A DNA stretch of 64,000 nt from Bacilli bacterium. Lineage in GTDB: Bacteria > Bacillota_I > Bacilli_A > RFN20 > CAG-826. Location of the stretch: assembly GCA_017477255.1 (NCBI GenBank), contig JAFUXB010000002.1:29996-93995 (forward strand), written 5' to 3'. Shown here piece by piece: positions 1 to 8,584 of the stretch. The notes beneath the pieces are model-generated. The model searched no databases, was not told where the DNA came from, and saw only the letters and a program-made list of their open reading frames with translations. Within the stretch, counting starts at the first letter, position 1, and every line of letters begins with the position of its first letter. The position numbers and the translations under genes are program-made.

Positions 1-1079
1 TTATCAATTTCTTGAACATTAACAGGAGTATATTTCAAATAATCAAGAACATCTAATGGCATCTCTTCGGCTTTAGCCATAGCGTTTTGAATAGAAGCAC
101 AACCAACTTTACTTTTTGGAGATAATGCTAAATCACAAACTGTGACTCCTAAAGGAATAATTGCTTCAGGGAATCCAACCTCTTTTGCGCTATCAATCGC
201 AATTTTTGCTCTCATACATGCATTTGGATTTGCTAATCCAATATCTTCATAAGCAGTAACAAGTAATCTTCTTGCAATACTATCTAAATCTCCAGCAATG
301 CATAATCTAGCAAGATAATATAAAGCAGCATTTACATCACTTCCTCTAATTGATTTTTGAAGTGCACTTACGGCATTATAATGATCATCTTCATTTCTAT
401 CTAGTTGGATGTTTCCAACTTTGATAATACTTTTAGCCTTTTCTAAAGTAATTTCTTCGTTTTTAAATGTTAAATTTAAAATTTCTAAATAGTTTAAAGC
501 AAATCTAAAATCACCATTTGATGATTTTGCAATAAATTCGATTGCATCATCACTAATTTGCATTTTACCATCATAGCCATTTGGATTAGTGACTGCTTTT
601 TTAAGACCAAAACTAATTTCTTCTGGACTTAATTTTTTAACTTCAAGTAAATGAGTTCTACTACGAATGGCTTTATTAATTGAAATATAAGGATTAGCAG
701 TAGTAGCTCCAATTAAATATATAGTTCCATCTTCAATATAAGGAAGTAAAATATCTTGTTTATCTTTATTAATTCTATGAATTTCATCAATGATTAAAAT
801 CATTGGTGGATTCATTTTTGCTTCTTTAATAACATCTTCTAAATCTTTTTTATTCGATGTAACCGCATTTAATTTACTAAATGGTAAATTTATACTTCTA
901 GCATAAGCTTCAGCAATTGTTGTTTTTCCACAACCAGGATTGCCAAAAAGAATAAAAGAAATTGGTGTAGATTCTTTTACAGAATTAGTTAAAATTCCAT
1001 TTTCACCAATGATGTGTTCTTGTCCAATAATGTCTTTTAAATAGTAAGGACGTATTCTAAATGCTAGTGGTTTTAACAT
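1..1079 (-). CDS. rarA: Replication-associated recombination protein A (RarA/MgsA, AAA+ ATPase); C-terminus runs off the window start
   Basis: Own minus-strand translation from ATG (complement of 1077-1079): MLKPLAFRIRPYYLKDIIGQEHIIGENGIL... Walker A is LFGNPGCGKTT. Walker B/sensor region is ILIIDEIHRINKDKQDILLPYIEDGTIYLIGATTANP, followed by an MgsA-type helical C-terminal region. It is missing from the ORF track only because it is open at the window edge. Confidence 0.85.
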   Translation of the reverse strand, partial: MLKPLAFRIRPYYLKDIIGQEHIIGENGILTNSVKESTPISFILFGNPGCGKTTIAEAYARSINLPFSKLNAVTSNKKDLEDVIKEAKMNPPMILIIDEIHRINKDKQDILLPYIEDGTIYLIGATTANPYISINKAIRSRTHLLEVKKLSPEEISFGLKKAVTNPNGYDGKMQISDDAIEFIAKSSNGDFRFALNYLEILNLTFKNEEITLEKAKSIIKVGNIQLDRNEDDHYNAVSALQKSIRGSDVNAALYYLARLCIAGDLDSIARRLLVTAYEDIGLANPNACMRAKIAIDSAKEVGFPEAIIPLGVTVCDLALSPKSKVGCASIQNAMAKAEEMPLDVLDYLKYTPVNVQEID

Positions 1080-1080
1080 A

Positions 1081-1102
1081 TAAATTATTATATAATAATT
1101 TA
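1081..1102. promoter_or_regulatory. Perfect 22-bp palindrome TAAATTATTATATAATAATTTA between divergent start codons, carrying face-to-face overlapping -10 hexamers
   Basis: Read directly. TATAAT on + lies at 1091-1096, 7 nt before the dtd ATG at 1104. TATAAT on - is the complement of 1087-1092, 7 nt before the rarA ATG at 1079. There is no SD in the 24-nt gap. Confidence 0.4.
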
Positions 1103-1103
1103 C

Positions 1104-1556
1104 ATGAAAATTATATTACAAAATGTTATTGATGCTTCTTGCAATATAGAAGGCAAAATATATTCTAAAATTGATAAGGGATATCTTCTCTTAGTTAGTT
1201 TTACTAATGGCGATAATTTTGAAAAATGTGTGGGTTTAGCAAGGAAAATTGCTAAATTAAGGGTTTTTCAAGATGAAAATGGTAAGACAAATTTATCAAT
1301 TTTTGATGTAGATGGAGAAATTTTATCAATCTCTCAATTTACAATTTATGGTGATTTAAAAGGTGGAAATAGACCATCTTTTACTAATTGTTTAAATTAC
1401 AATGAAGCTAAAGATTTATATTTAAAATTTAATGAATGCCTTAGACAAGAAGGACTTAATGTTTATGAAGGAATTTTTGGAGCAGACATGAAGATCACAT
1501 TCACAAATGATGGTCCTTTTACATTAATTTTAGATAGTGAGGAGCTTTTAAAATGA
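1104..1556 (+). CDS. dtd: D-aminoacyl-tRNA deacylase
   Basis: 150 aa of Dtd-like size. Characteristic SQFTIYGD...GNRPSFT motif (SQFTL / GxRPxF of D-Tyr-tRNA deacylase). Confidence 0.9.
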   Translation: MKIILQNVIDASCNIEGKIYSKIDKGYLLLVSFTNGDNFEKCVGLARKIAKLRVFQDENGKTNLSIFDVDGEILSISQFTIYGDLKGGNRPSFTNCLNYNEAKDLYLKFNECLRQEGLNVYEGIFGADMKITFTNDGPFTLILDSEELLK

Positions 1557-2683
1557 AAGTAATGCTTGGATTAAGTGGTGGCGTAGATAGTGCAGTTGCA
1601 GCATATCTTTTAAAAAAACAAGGATATGACGTTATTTGCTGTTTTATGCGTAACTGGGACAGCGTTACCAATAACGATATTTTAGGAAACCCAACATTAA
1701 ATGGTGATAAATGTTCTCAAGAAAAAGATTATGATGATGCAGTTAAAGTCGCAGAAAAATTAAATCTTCCAATGATGAGAATCGATTTTATTCAAGAATA
1801 TTGGGATAACGTTTTTACTTATTTTTTAGAAGAATACAAAAAAGGAAGAACTCCAAATCCAGACGTTTTTTGTAATAAATACATCAAATTTGATGCTTTT
1901 TTAAAGTTTGCTAAAGAAAATGGTTGCGATATGATTGCAATGGGACATTATGCAAAAAGAGTAGACAAAGACGGCAAAACTTATTTATTAAAAGCTTCTG
2001 ATTTAAATAAAGATCAAACATATTTTTTATGTCAAATTAGTAATGAACAATTAAAATCATGTTTATTCCCTTTAGGTGATATTTCAAAACCTGAAGTTAG
2101 AAAAATTGCTCATGAATTAGGCTTAGATTCCGTTCAAGATAAAAAAGATTCAACAGGAATTTGCTTTATCGGAGAAAGAAATTTCAAAGAATTTTTGAAG
2201 AATTATATTCCAGCTCAAAAAGGAAATATTGTTGATATTGAAACTGGTAGAGTTTTAGGAAAACATGATGGAGTCATGTATTACACTTTAGGTCAAAGAA
2301 AAGGACTTGGAATTGGCGGAATTCATGGAGAAGCAGCTAAAGGATGGTTTGTTTGTAAAAAAGACGTCAAATCTAACACTTTATATGTAGCAAGTGGTAG
2401 TGAAGATGAACATTTATTTAGTGATTCATGTATTGTTAAAAATTTAAATTTATTTAATGGAAAAATCGAAGACGGCACAATGCTAAGTGCTAAATTTAGA
2501 TATAGACAAGTTGATAATAAGGTTTATTTATATAACATTGGTGAAAACGAAATTAAACTTGTTTTTGATGAACCTTATAAAGCTGTCACACCTGGACAAA
2601 TATGCGCTTTATACGATGGTGACGTATGTTTAGGTGGCGGAATTATTGAAGAAACTTATTATAAAAACAAAAAAATGAATTAA
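1553..2683 (+). CDS. mnmA: tRNA-specific 2-thiouridylase MnmA
   Basis: PP-loop GLSGGVDSAVAA and the catalytic Cys region DSTGICFIGERNF. 376 aa. GAGGAG SD sits 8 nt upstream and there is an ATGA overlap with the dtd stop. Confidence 0.93.
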   Translation: MKVMLGLSGGVDSAVAAYLLKKQGYDVICCFMRNWDSVTNNDILGNPTLNGDKCSQEKDYDDAVKVAEKLNLPMMRIDFIQEYWDNVFTYFLEEYKKGRTPNPDVFCNKYIKFDAFLKFAKENGCDMIAMGHYAKRVDKDGKTYLLKASDLNKDQTYFLCQISNEQLKSCLFPLGDISKPEVRKIAHELGLDSVQDKKDSTGICFIGERNFKEFLKNYIPAQKGNIVDIETGRVLGKHDGVMYYTLGQRKGLGIGGIHGEAAKGWFVCKKDVKSNTLYVASGSEDEHLFSDSCIVKNLNLFNGKIEDGTMLSAKFRYRQVDNKVYLYNIGENEIKLVFDEPYKAVTPGQICALYDGDVCLGGGIIEETYYKNKKMN

Positions 2684-2740
2684 TATATAATTCAATTTTA
2701 TTCTTCTAAAATTGAAATTTGATTATTTTTTTCTATACAA

Positions 2741-5700
2741 ATGATAATGTTTTATTCTAAAATAAAACATATGAATAAAAGGTTTGGATCACCAGCCTCC
2801 ATATTGAGAACATTTTCACTCGTTGGATATCTTTTTATGTCGTCCATGATCTGTGTCGAAGGTTCTTTTGATGGCAATAGAACAGTCGATCAAACAGATG
2901 TTATCGTAGAAGAACTTACTCCTGATCAAGAACACGAAATCATTGAAATCGAAAGTTTTAATGTTAGTTTAAAAAGTGATCAAACAGTTTTTAATGTTGG
3001 GGATACGATTTATTACAAAATTTCTTTTAATCCTGCCGATACTTATTATAAAACTTTAACATATAGTGTAAATAATCCAGAATTAGTCGAAGTTAATACA
3101 ATGACTAACTACATTAGATGTTTAAAAAATGGTTATGTAGAAATTACTTTTTTAAATGATCATAACCCATCTTTAACATCAACAGTTTCTTTTACAATTC
3201 AAACTTTACAGATTACATCGATTAAATTAAGTGAATCTCATTCAGATATTTTCTTAGGAAAAGGTGATACTTATAAATTATCAGAACCTACAATTCTTCC
3301 AGAAGAAGCAAAAGATTTTAAATATCATTATAAAAGTGATGATAATACAGTTGCTAATGTTAATGAAAACGGACTTGTCACTGGAATGAATGATGGAACT
3401 TGTAAAATTTATGTCGAAGCAGATGAAGGTGGAGCTTATGACTTTGTTTATGTAACGGTTAATGGTTTAAATTCATTTACTTTTGAACAAAGTGAATTTT
3501 CAATGTATCCAGATGGAGAAGAAACTCTTATAGTTAACTTATTACCAAATGATTTTTATAAATTTAACTTAAATTATGTAAAATTTACTTCAAACGACCC
3601 ATCACTTCGAGTAAATTTCGTTGAAGCTAATAATACAGACTTCACTTTAACTTATAAAATCACATATTCAAATACAACTTATATTGGAGAAAAAGACGTT
3701 AATGTAACAATGTCTTACGTTTATCCTGGTGGAACAAATAAAGTTTCAAACAACTTTATTGTTCATATTTTGAAATATGATTCAATTACTGTTGCTGATG
3801 TTGATACTACAAAAACAAAATTAAACCCATCTTTTACAGTTTATACAAAGGGTGGAAGATACATTAAAAAGACTTATTATCACACGATTTATTACATATC
3901 TTCAGTACAATCAAATATTAGAAAATATAACACTAAAAATTTCAAATTCGCTGCAGATTCCAACTTAAATTTAACAAATTCAACATATTCAAGGATTCAA
4001 ATATCAATTAAAAACTATGATATTTTAAAGCCTTCATACGATATTAAATTCTATCCAAATAAAGACTTAGATGAATTTATAACATTCACAGTTAATTTTA
4101 ATGTAGTAGAAGATACAACTGGAATCACAAACATTACTTTCACTAATTTATATACTGTTGATGAAAATAAAGAAAATAAAATTTGGTATTCAAAAATTAA
4201 TAATACGTTATTTTCTGGAGTAACTTTTAATAATAGTTCATCAAGTTTATATGCAAATAGTGGAATAGTAGTTGAACTTGATAATGATTCAAAAGATTTA
4301 GTTGATCTTGTTGTTAATGCAAACGGAAATGTCACTAAATTTAATTTACTAAAATTTAAGAATGATACGGATGTAGCAGAAGAATGCACGATTAAGATGA
4401 ATATTTATTCTAAATTTGATTATGAAACTAGTTCTAATCCACTTAAAAAACAAATAATTATTAAAGTTGTAAGTTCAGTTACAGGCTTTACAATGTCTCT
4501 TAATAATGGCGAATATAACGATGTAATGGACCAAACTTTAGATATTGATAATAAAGATATTACTTATTCAATTTATGCTAGATACACTTATGATTTATCT
4601 TCAAAATCCTCATCATTTGGATCAGGAAATTATAATAAAGGACTTTTAATTACATCAACTGATGAAACAATTTGTAGACCTTTATTAAATAACAACGGTT
4701 TTACAAGTTATTTAGTTGGAAATTGCGACATTATCGTTAGCTTAATGCCTGGCTATCAAGATGAATTATTTAGTAGAGTAATTCATTGTAATGTTCAATA
4801 TGAAAGTGTTTCTTCTGATGATTTATCAATTTCTTATGATGTAGTTTCTTTCCCTGAAGGATTTAATCCTGCAGAAGATTTATCTTATTTTGCTGTTGGT
4901 ACAATTTTAAAATTTACAATTGATGGAACAGAAGAAGCAAAAGGAAGAGGACTCCAAATTGTTTCGAATAACTCTAAGCTTTTATCAATTAATCAAGAAA
5001 CTTTAGAAGGCAAATGCTTAAAAGAAGGTGAAGCAACCGTCACAGTTAGACTTAAAGATAATTACTCAATTAGAAAAGAAGTTACTTTTAAAATTTATAA
5101 CACTACATCGAAACTTGCAGTTTATAAAGGAGAATTTTTAAAACGTGTTGTTGAACCAGATTATTATGCTTTAACTACATTAATTAATAAGAGTTATCAA
5201 TTATCGTATGCTAAAGAAAAAGCATGTACTGAACAAAAAATTAGTGTAGTAAAAGTAGTAAATCCTGCTGATAAAGCCGCTTTTGATTTATTCCAAGTTG
5301 ATGAAAATGGAAATATTGAAACAGGTGAAAAAGAATGTACTGGATTAATTATGCTTAATGTTGGAGGTGAAGAAAATCCATATAGACAAGAAACTAAAGT
5401 TTATATTATTATCAAGGCTAAATTCCATTTGGATTACACTAATTTTAGTTATTTAATTAGAAAATTAGTTGGTCATTATGGCTTATTCTTTGGAACATCA
5501 CTTCTTTGTATGACGTTTATTTTCTTAACATTTAATTCAATTGTAGCTTCTAGTATCGGAACAGCATTAAATATTGGTGCTGGATTTGGACTAGCTTATT
5601 TTAGTGAATATTTACAAGGATTTTCAGCAAGTAGAACTTTTGCTTGGTCCGATATTATGCTAGACTTCTATGGATACTTGACTGCAGCAGCGTTAGTATT

Positions 5701-5770
5701 TATTATAATTCTTGTATTTTTCTTTATTAGAAAATATAAGGAAAAACATCCAAAAACCCTGCAGAACTAA
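2741..5770 (+). CDS. Large surface protein: N-terminal membrane anchor/signal, multiple bacterial Ig-like (Big_2-type) domains, C-terminal VanZ-like 4-TM domain
   Basis: N-terminal hydrophobic segment ILRTFSLVGYLFMSSMICV. Big_2-like segments include DDNTVANVNENGLVTGMNDGTCKIYVEA, NNPELVEVNTMTNYIRCLKNGYVEITF and NSKLLSINQETLEGKCLKEGEATVTVRL. The C-terminal ~130 aa has about 4 TM helices and the VanZ-like motif FSEYLQGFSASRTFAWSDIMLDFYGYL. The exact start is uncertain: ATGs at 2741, 2747 and 2771 all lack an SD. Confidence 0.6.
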   Translation: MIMFYSKIKHMNKRFGSPASILRTFSLVGYLFMSSMICVEGSFDGNRTVDQTDVIVEELTPDQEHEIIEIESFNVSLKSDQTVFNVGDTIYYKISFNPADTYYKTLTYSVNNPELVEVNTMTNYIRCLKNGYVEITFLNDHNPSLTSTVSFTIQTLQITSIKLSESHSDIFLGKGDTYKLSEPTILPEEAKDFKYHYKSDDNTVANVNENGLVTGMNDGTCKIYVEADEGGAYDFVYVTVNGLNSFTFEQSEFSMYPDGEETLIVNLLPNDFYKFNLNYVKFTSNDPSLRVNFVEANNTDFTLTYKITYSNTTYIGEKDVNVTMSYVYPGGTNKVSNNFIVHILKYDSITVADVDTTKTKLNPSFTVYTKGGRYIKKTYYHTIYYISSVQSNIRKYNTKNFKFAADSNLNLTNSTYSRIQISIKNYDILKPSYDIKFYPNKDLDEFITFTVNFNVVEDTTGITNITFTNLYTVDENKENKIWYSKINNTLFSGVTFNNSSSSLYANSGIVVELDNDSKDLVDLVVNANGNVTKFNLLKFKNDTDVAEECTIKMNIYSKFDYETSSNPLKKQIIIKVVSSVTGFTMSLNNGEYNDVMDQTLDIDNKDITYSIYARYTYDLSSKSSSFGSGNYNKGLLITSTDETICRPLLNNNGFTSYLVGNCDIIVSLMPGYQDELFSRVIHCNVQYESVSSDDLSISYDVVSFPEGFNPAEDLSYFAVGTILKFTIDGTEEAKGRGLQIVSNNSKLLSINQETLEGKCLKEGEATVTVRLKDNYSIRKEVTFKIYNTTSKLAVYKGEFLKRVVEPDYYALTTLINKSYQLSYAKEKACTEQKISVVKVVNPADKAAFDLFQVDENGNIETGEKECTGLIMLNVGGEENPYRQETKVYIIIKAKFHLDYTNFSYLIRKLVGHYGLFFGTSLLCMTFIFLTFNSIVASSIGTALNIGAGFGLAYFSEYLQGFSASRTFAWSDIMLDFYGYLTAAALVFIIILVFFFIRKYKEKHPKTLQN

Positions 5771-5779
5771 GGTATTTTT

Positions 5780-7537
5780 ATGAAAATCATTAATAAATTA
5801 CGTTTACCAGAAGACATTAAAAAGCTGAATTTAAATGAACTTGAAGATTTAGCTAGTGATACCTCCAAATTAATTCTTGAAAGAATTTCTAAAATTGGAG
5901 GTCATTTAGCAAGCAATCTAGGAATTATAGAAATTACTTTAGCCTTGCATTATGTTTTTAATTTTCCTAAGGATAAAGTTGTTTTTGATGTTTCTCATCA
6001 ATGCTATTCTCATAAAATTTTTAGTGGTAGAGTAAACGAATTTTCTAACCATGAAGAATATAAAAATGCTAGTGGATTTTCTGCGCCTTATGAATCAGAT
6101 TATGACTCATTTTGCATTGGTCACACATCAACTTCAATTAGTTTAGGCTTAGGACTTGCTAGAGGAAGAGATGCTCAAAATGAAAATTATAATGTCATAA
6201 GCATAATTGGCGATGGCTCATTAAGTGGTGGAATTTCTTTTGAAGCTTTAAGTAATGCAGGAATTTATAACAAGAATTTTATAATCATCGTAAATGATAA
6301 TGAAATGAGTATTGCTGAAAATCATGGATCAATTTATAAAAATTTAGAATTACTTAGAAAAACTAAAGGTGAAGCAAAAGAAAATTACTTCAAACTTTTA
6401 GGGCTTGATTATAAATATATTGAAGAAGGTAACAATATTGAAGTTTTAATCAGAGAGTTTAAAAAACTTAAAAATATTGATCATCCAATCGTTGTTCATA
6501 TTCATACAGAAAAAGGCCATTCATATAAATATGCAGTAGAGCAAAAAGAAAAATGGCACTATTCTCCTGGATTTAATATTGAAACAGGCGAATTTTTAGC
6601 ATCTAAAGGGAATTATTTTGGTGGAGTTACTAGAGATTTCTTAATTAAAAAACTTAATGAAAATAAAAATATGAGAATCATAACTGCAGGAACACCTTTA
6701 GTTATTGGATTTAATCATGAATTAAGAGAAAAATATAATGATCAATTTATTGATGTTGGAATTGCTGAATCTCATGCACTTGCTTTTGCAACAGGTTTAA
6801 CTAAAGCAGGAGCAAAAACTTATATAGGATTAAATGCTTCTTTTATGCAAAGAGGTTTTGATCAATTTGCTCATGAAATTGCAATTAATAAACTCCCTTT
6901 AAAAATTTTAGTTTATGGAAGTGGAATAATTAAAAATAATAAAACTCATCAAGGAATTTTTGATGTTGCGATGTTATCGAATATTCCTAATCTAGTTTAT
7001 TATGCACCAACAACTGAAGAAGAACTTTTAAATGCATTAGAACTTCAATTTGAAGATGATAAAAATCCAATCGCTGTTCGCATTCCTAAGGGACTAGAAG
7101 TGCATGCTAAAAATTATGTATATAAAAATACATTTTTCGAGTTTAATAAATACGATGTTTTAGGTTCCGATAAAGAAATTGTCTTAATCGGAGTTGGTGA
7201 CACCTATTTTGAAGTAGAAAAAGCTAAAGAATTGATAAATCAAAAGCTTAAGCGCGATTATGTTATTGTAAATCCAAAAAATATAACTGAACTTGATAAA
7301 GAATTTTTAGATTCTTTAAACAATAAAACTAAATTTGTTATTACAGTAGAAGATGGAATTATTAATGGTGGATATGGTCAAAAAGTAGCATCATATCTAT
7401 CAAAATATAAGATTCCAACTCTTATTTTAGGTGTTGATAATGAATTTGTTGATATGGATCAAGTTCAAAATATATATAAAAAATATAATCTTTCTGCAGA
7501 CGAACTACTCAAAATAGTTGAGTCACTCATTAAATAA
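5780..7537 (+). CDS. dxs: 1-deoxy-D-xylulose-5-phosphate synthase-like thiamine-diphosphate enzyme (divergent, short)
   Basis: GGHLASNLGIIEITLALHYVF..DVSHQCYSHKI corresponds to GGHLGSSLG..DVGHQAYPHKI in DXS. ThDP motif IIGDGSLSGGISFEALSNAG...IIIVNDNEMSI. Also DVGIAESHALAFATGL and KTHQGIFDVAMLSNIPN. At 585 aa it is shorter than typical DXS and several conserved positions differ. Confidence 0.7.
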   Translation: MKIINKLRLPEDIKKLNLNELEDLASDTSKLILERISKIGGHLASNLGIIEITLALHYVFNFPKDKVVFDVSHQCYSHKIFSGRVNEFSNHEEYKNASGFSAPYESDYDSFCIGHTSTSISLGLGLARGRDAQNENYNVISIIGDGSLSGGISFEALSNAGIYNKNFIIIVNDNEMSIAENHGSIYKNLELLRKTKGEAKENYFKLLGLDYKYIEEGNNIEVLIREFKKLKNIDHPIVVHIHTEKGHSYKYAVEQKEKWHYSPGFNIETGEFLASKGNYFGGVTRDFLIKKLNENKNMRIITAGTPLVIGFNHELREKYNDQFIDVGIAESHALAFATGLTKAGAKTYIGLNASFMQRGFDQFAHEIAINKLPLKILVYGSGIIKNNKTHQGIFDVAMLSNIPNLVYYAPTTEEELLNALELQFEDDKNPIAVRIPKGLEVHAKNYVYKNTFFEFNKYDVLGSDKEIVLIGVGDTYFEVEKAKELINQKLKRDYVIVNPKNITELDKEFLDSLNNKTKFVITVEDGIINGGYGQKVASYLSKYKIPTLILGVDNEFVDMDQVQNIYKKYNLSADELLKIVESLIK

Positions 7538-7559
7538 AATTTAAAAATTAATGTATAAA

Positions 7560-7835
7560 TTAACTTCTAGAAACCCAATAATCATGAAGTGCATCCATGA
7601 TATCTTTTTTACGTGCATCAGTGACTTTTCTATTAAATAAACATTTTTGCATATCAAAAAGTTCATAAATTGGTGTTTTTAAGATACAAGATAATTCAAT
7701 TGCTGATGAAATTGTAGGATCAGTTACTCCATTTTCCCAGTTCCAAACAGTTACCGTACTTACTTTCATGGCTTTTGCTAATTCTTCATGTGTTAATTTT
7801 CTAGCCTTTCTAGCTGCTCTAATAGTATTTTTCAT
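7560..7835 (-). CDS. XRE-family helix-turn-helix transcriptional regulator
   Basis: 91 aa. HTH_3 pattern ARKARKLTHEELAKAMKVSTVTVWNWENG. AAGGAG SD lies 7 nt upstream on the minus strand. Confidence 0.8.
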   Translation of the reverse strand: MKNTIRAARKARKLTHEELAKAMKVSTVTVWNWENGVTDPTISSAIELSCILKTPIYELFDMQKCLFNRKVTDARKKDIMDALHDYWVSRS

Positions 7836-7918
7836 ATAAATTCTCCTTAAAAATAAGATAACCGCGTATTGAGAAACGATTATATTTTTTTTAAAATATT
7901 TAATGTTTTAAGGAAAAA

Positions 7919-8332
7919 ATGTGTATGGAAAAAATAAGTGAAGCAATACTTGCTAATATGTGTATGGTATATGATGGAAATAAAGTACTAGTCATGGAAA
8001 GAACCAAAAATGATCGGCCTGGTCTTATTTTTCCAGGAGGACATGTTGAAGAAAATGAATCTTTAATTGATTCAGTAATTCGTGAAGTAAAAGAAGAAAC
8101 TGGTCTTGACATTGAAGACGTGGAACTTTGTGGGATTAAAGAATGGCGTCTTTATGGTGGAAAAAGATATTTAGGTTTCTTATATCGTACAAATAAATTT
8201 AGTGGTGAACTTAAATCTAGCATAGAGGGAAAGGTCTTCTGGATTAATTATAACGAGATGAAAAATTACAAATTAAGTCTTGATTTTCCTGAAATGTGTG
8301 AAGAATATTTTTTCAAAGGTATTTATAAATAA
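7919..8332 (+). CDS. NUDIX hydrolase (MutT-like)
   Basis: Nudix box [24 protein letters not shown]. 137 aa. Divergent from the XRE gene. Confidence 0.85.
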   Translation: MCMEKISEAILANMCMVYDGNKVLVMERTKNDRPGLIFPGGHVEENESLIDSVIREVKEETGLDIEDVELCGIKEWRLYGGKRYLGFLYRTNKFSGELKSSIEGKVFWINYNEMKNYKLSLDFPEMCEEYFFKGIYK

Positions 8333-8354
8333 ATTATTTTTAATTATTTATTTA

Positions 8355-8363
8355 TGCTATAAT
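8355..8363 (+). promoter_or_regulatory. Extended -10 promoter (TGcTATAAT) for the pheST leader
   Basis: TG at 8355-8356, TATAAT at 8358-8363. The -35 region is weak (TATTTT). Confidence 0.55.
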
Positions 8364-8370
8364 GATTTTG

Positions 8371-8572
8371 CGTTGATAAGAAGTAGTAACTAATCTAACT
8401 TTTGTTTAGGGAGAGGCGAATAAGTGAAAACGCCTTCAAAAGATTTTAGTGAATTCAGCTTGGAGCATGTAGGAATACCGTAGTTATGCGTTAAATAATA
8501 TAAATTAAGTGCGTAAGAATTAGGATGGTACCGCGGAGAAATTCGTTCCTAAACTAATTCTTTTTTTATTTT
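8371..8572 (+). promoter_or_regulatory. T-box riboswitch leader, Phe specifier (UUC)
   Basis: Conserved T-box sequence AATTAGGATGGTACCGCGGAG at 8518-8538. Stem I elements are AGTAG, GGGAGAGG and GTGAAAAC. Candidate specifier GAA-TTC-A has TTC at 8454-8456. Terminator arms AGAATTAGGA (8516-8525) and TCCTAaaCTAATTCT (8548-8562) are followed by a T-run, immediately upstream of pheS. Confidence 0.85.
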
Positions 8573-8584
8573 TTGGAGATTGTT

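Noticed and set aside
2691-2730. 10-bp AT-rich hairpin TTCAATTTTA / TAAAATTGAA after mnmA, considered as a terminator
   Set aside because: The stem has a single G-C pair and the T-run is not adjacent to it. That is too weak to call, although it may give partial termination.
4051-4389. 112-aa minus-strand ORF inside the surface-protein gene. The same class includes 10024-10374, 11779-11973, 17159-17395, 18855-19037, 33239-33547, 33647-33829, 37063-37263, 38518-38763, 40202-40387, 41433-41636, 43301-43498, 45502-45738, 47027-47248, 53703-53894, 60979-61269, 61623-61832 and 62406-62675.
   Set aside because: All lie antisense within long, well-supported genes and encode low-complexity Ser/Leu/Phe/Ile-rich products. 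These are the mirror of Lys/Glu/Asn-rich sense codons. They lack SDs and promoters and are typical shadow ORFs of AT-rich coding DNA.
7900-8112. 70-aa minus-strand ORF overlapping the NUDIX gene start. Also 20746-20955 (+) inside the DUF523 gene, 36660-36848 (+) inside rnhC, 34844-35074 (-) across lspA/rluD, and 27134-27331 (-) at the ABC gene end.
   Set aside because: These are antisense to genes with clear family motifs. None has translation signals.
8573-8584. Upstream-extended starts offered by the ORF track: pheS TTG 8573, small ORF GTG 49049, rpmA ATG 50023, mini-protein ATG 12599
   Set aside because: In each case a downstream ATG has a well-spaced SD (GGAG, GAGGGGG, AAGGGAG, GAGGAGG). 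The upstream start lies in a terminator T-run, inside the SD itself, inside the preceding gene, or upstream of the predicted TSS.
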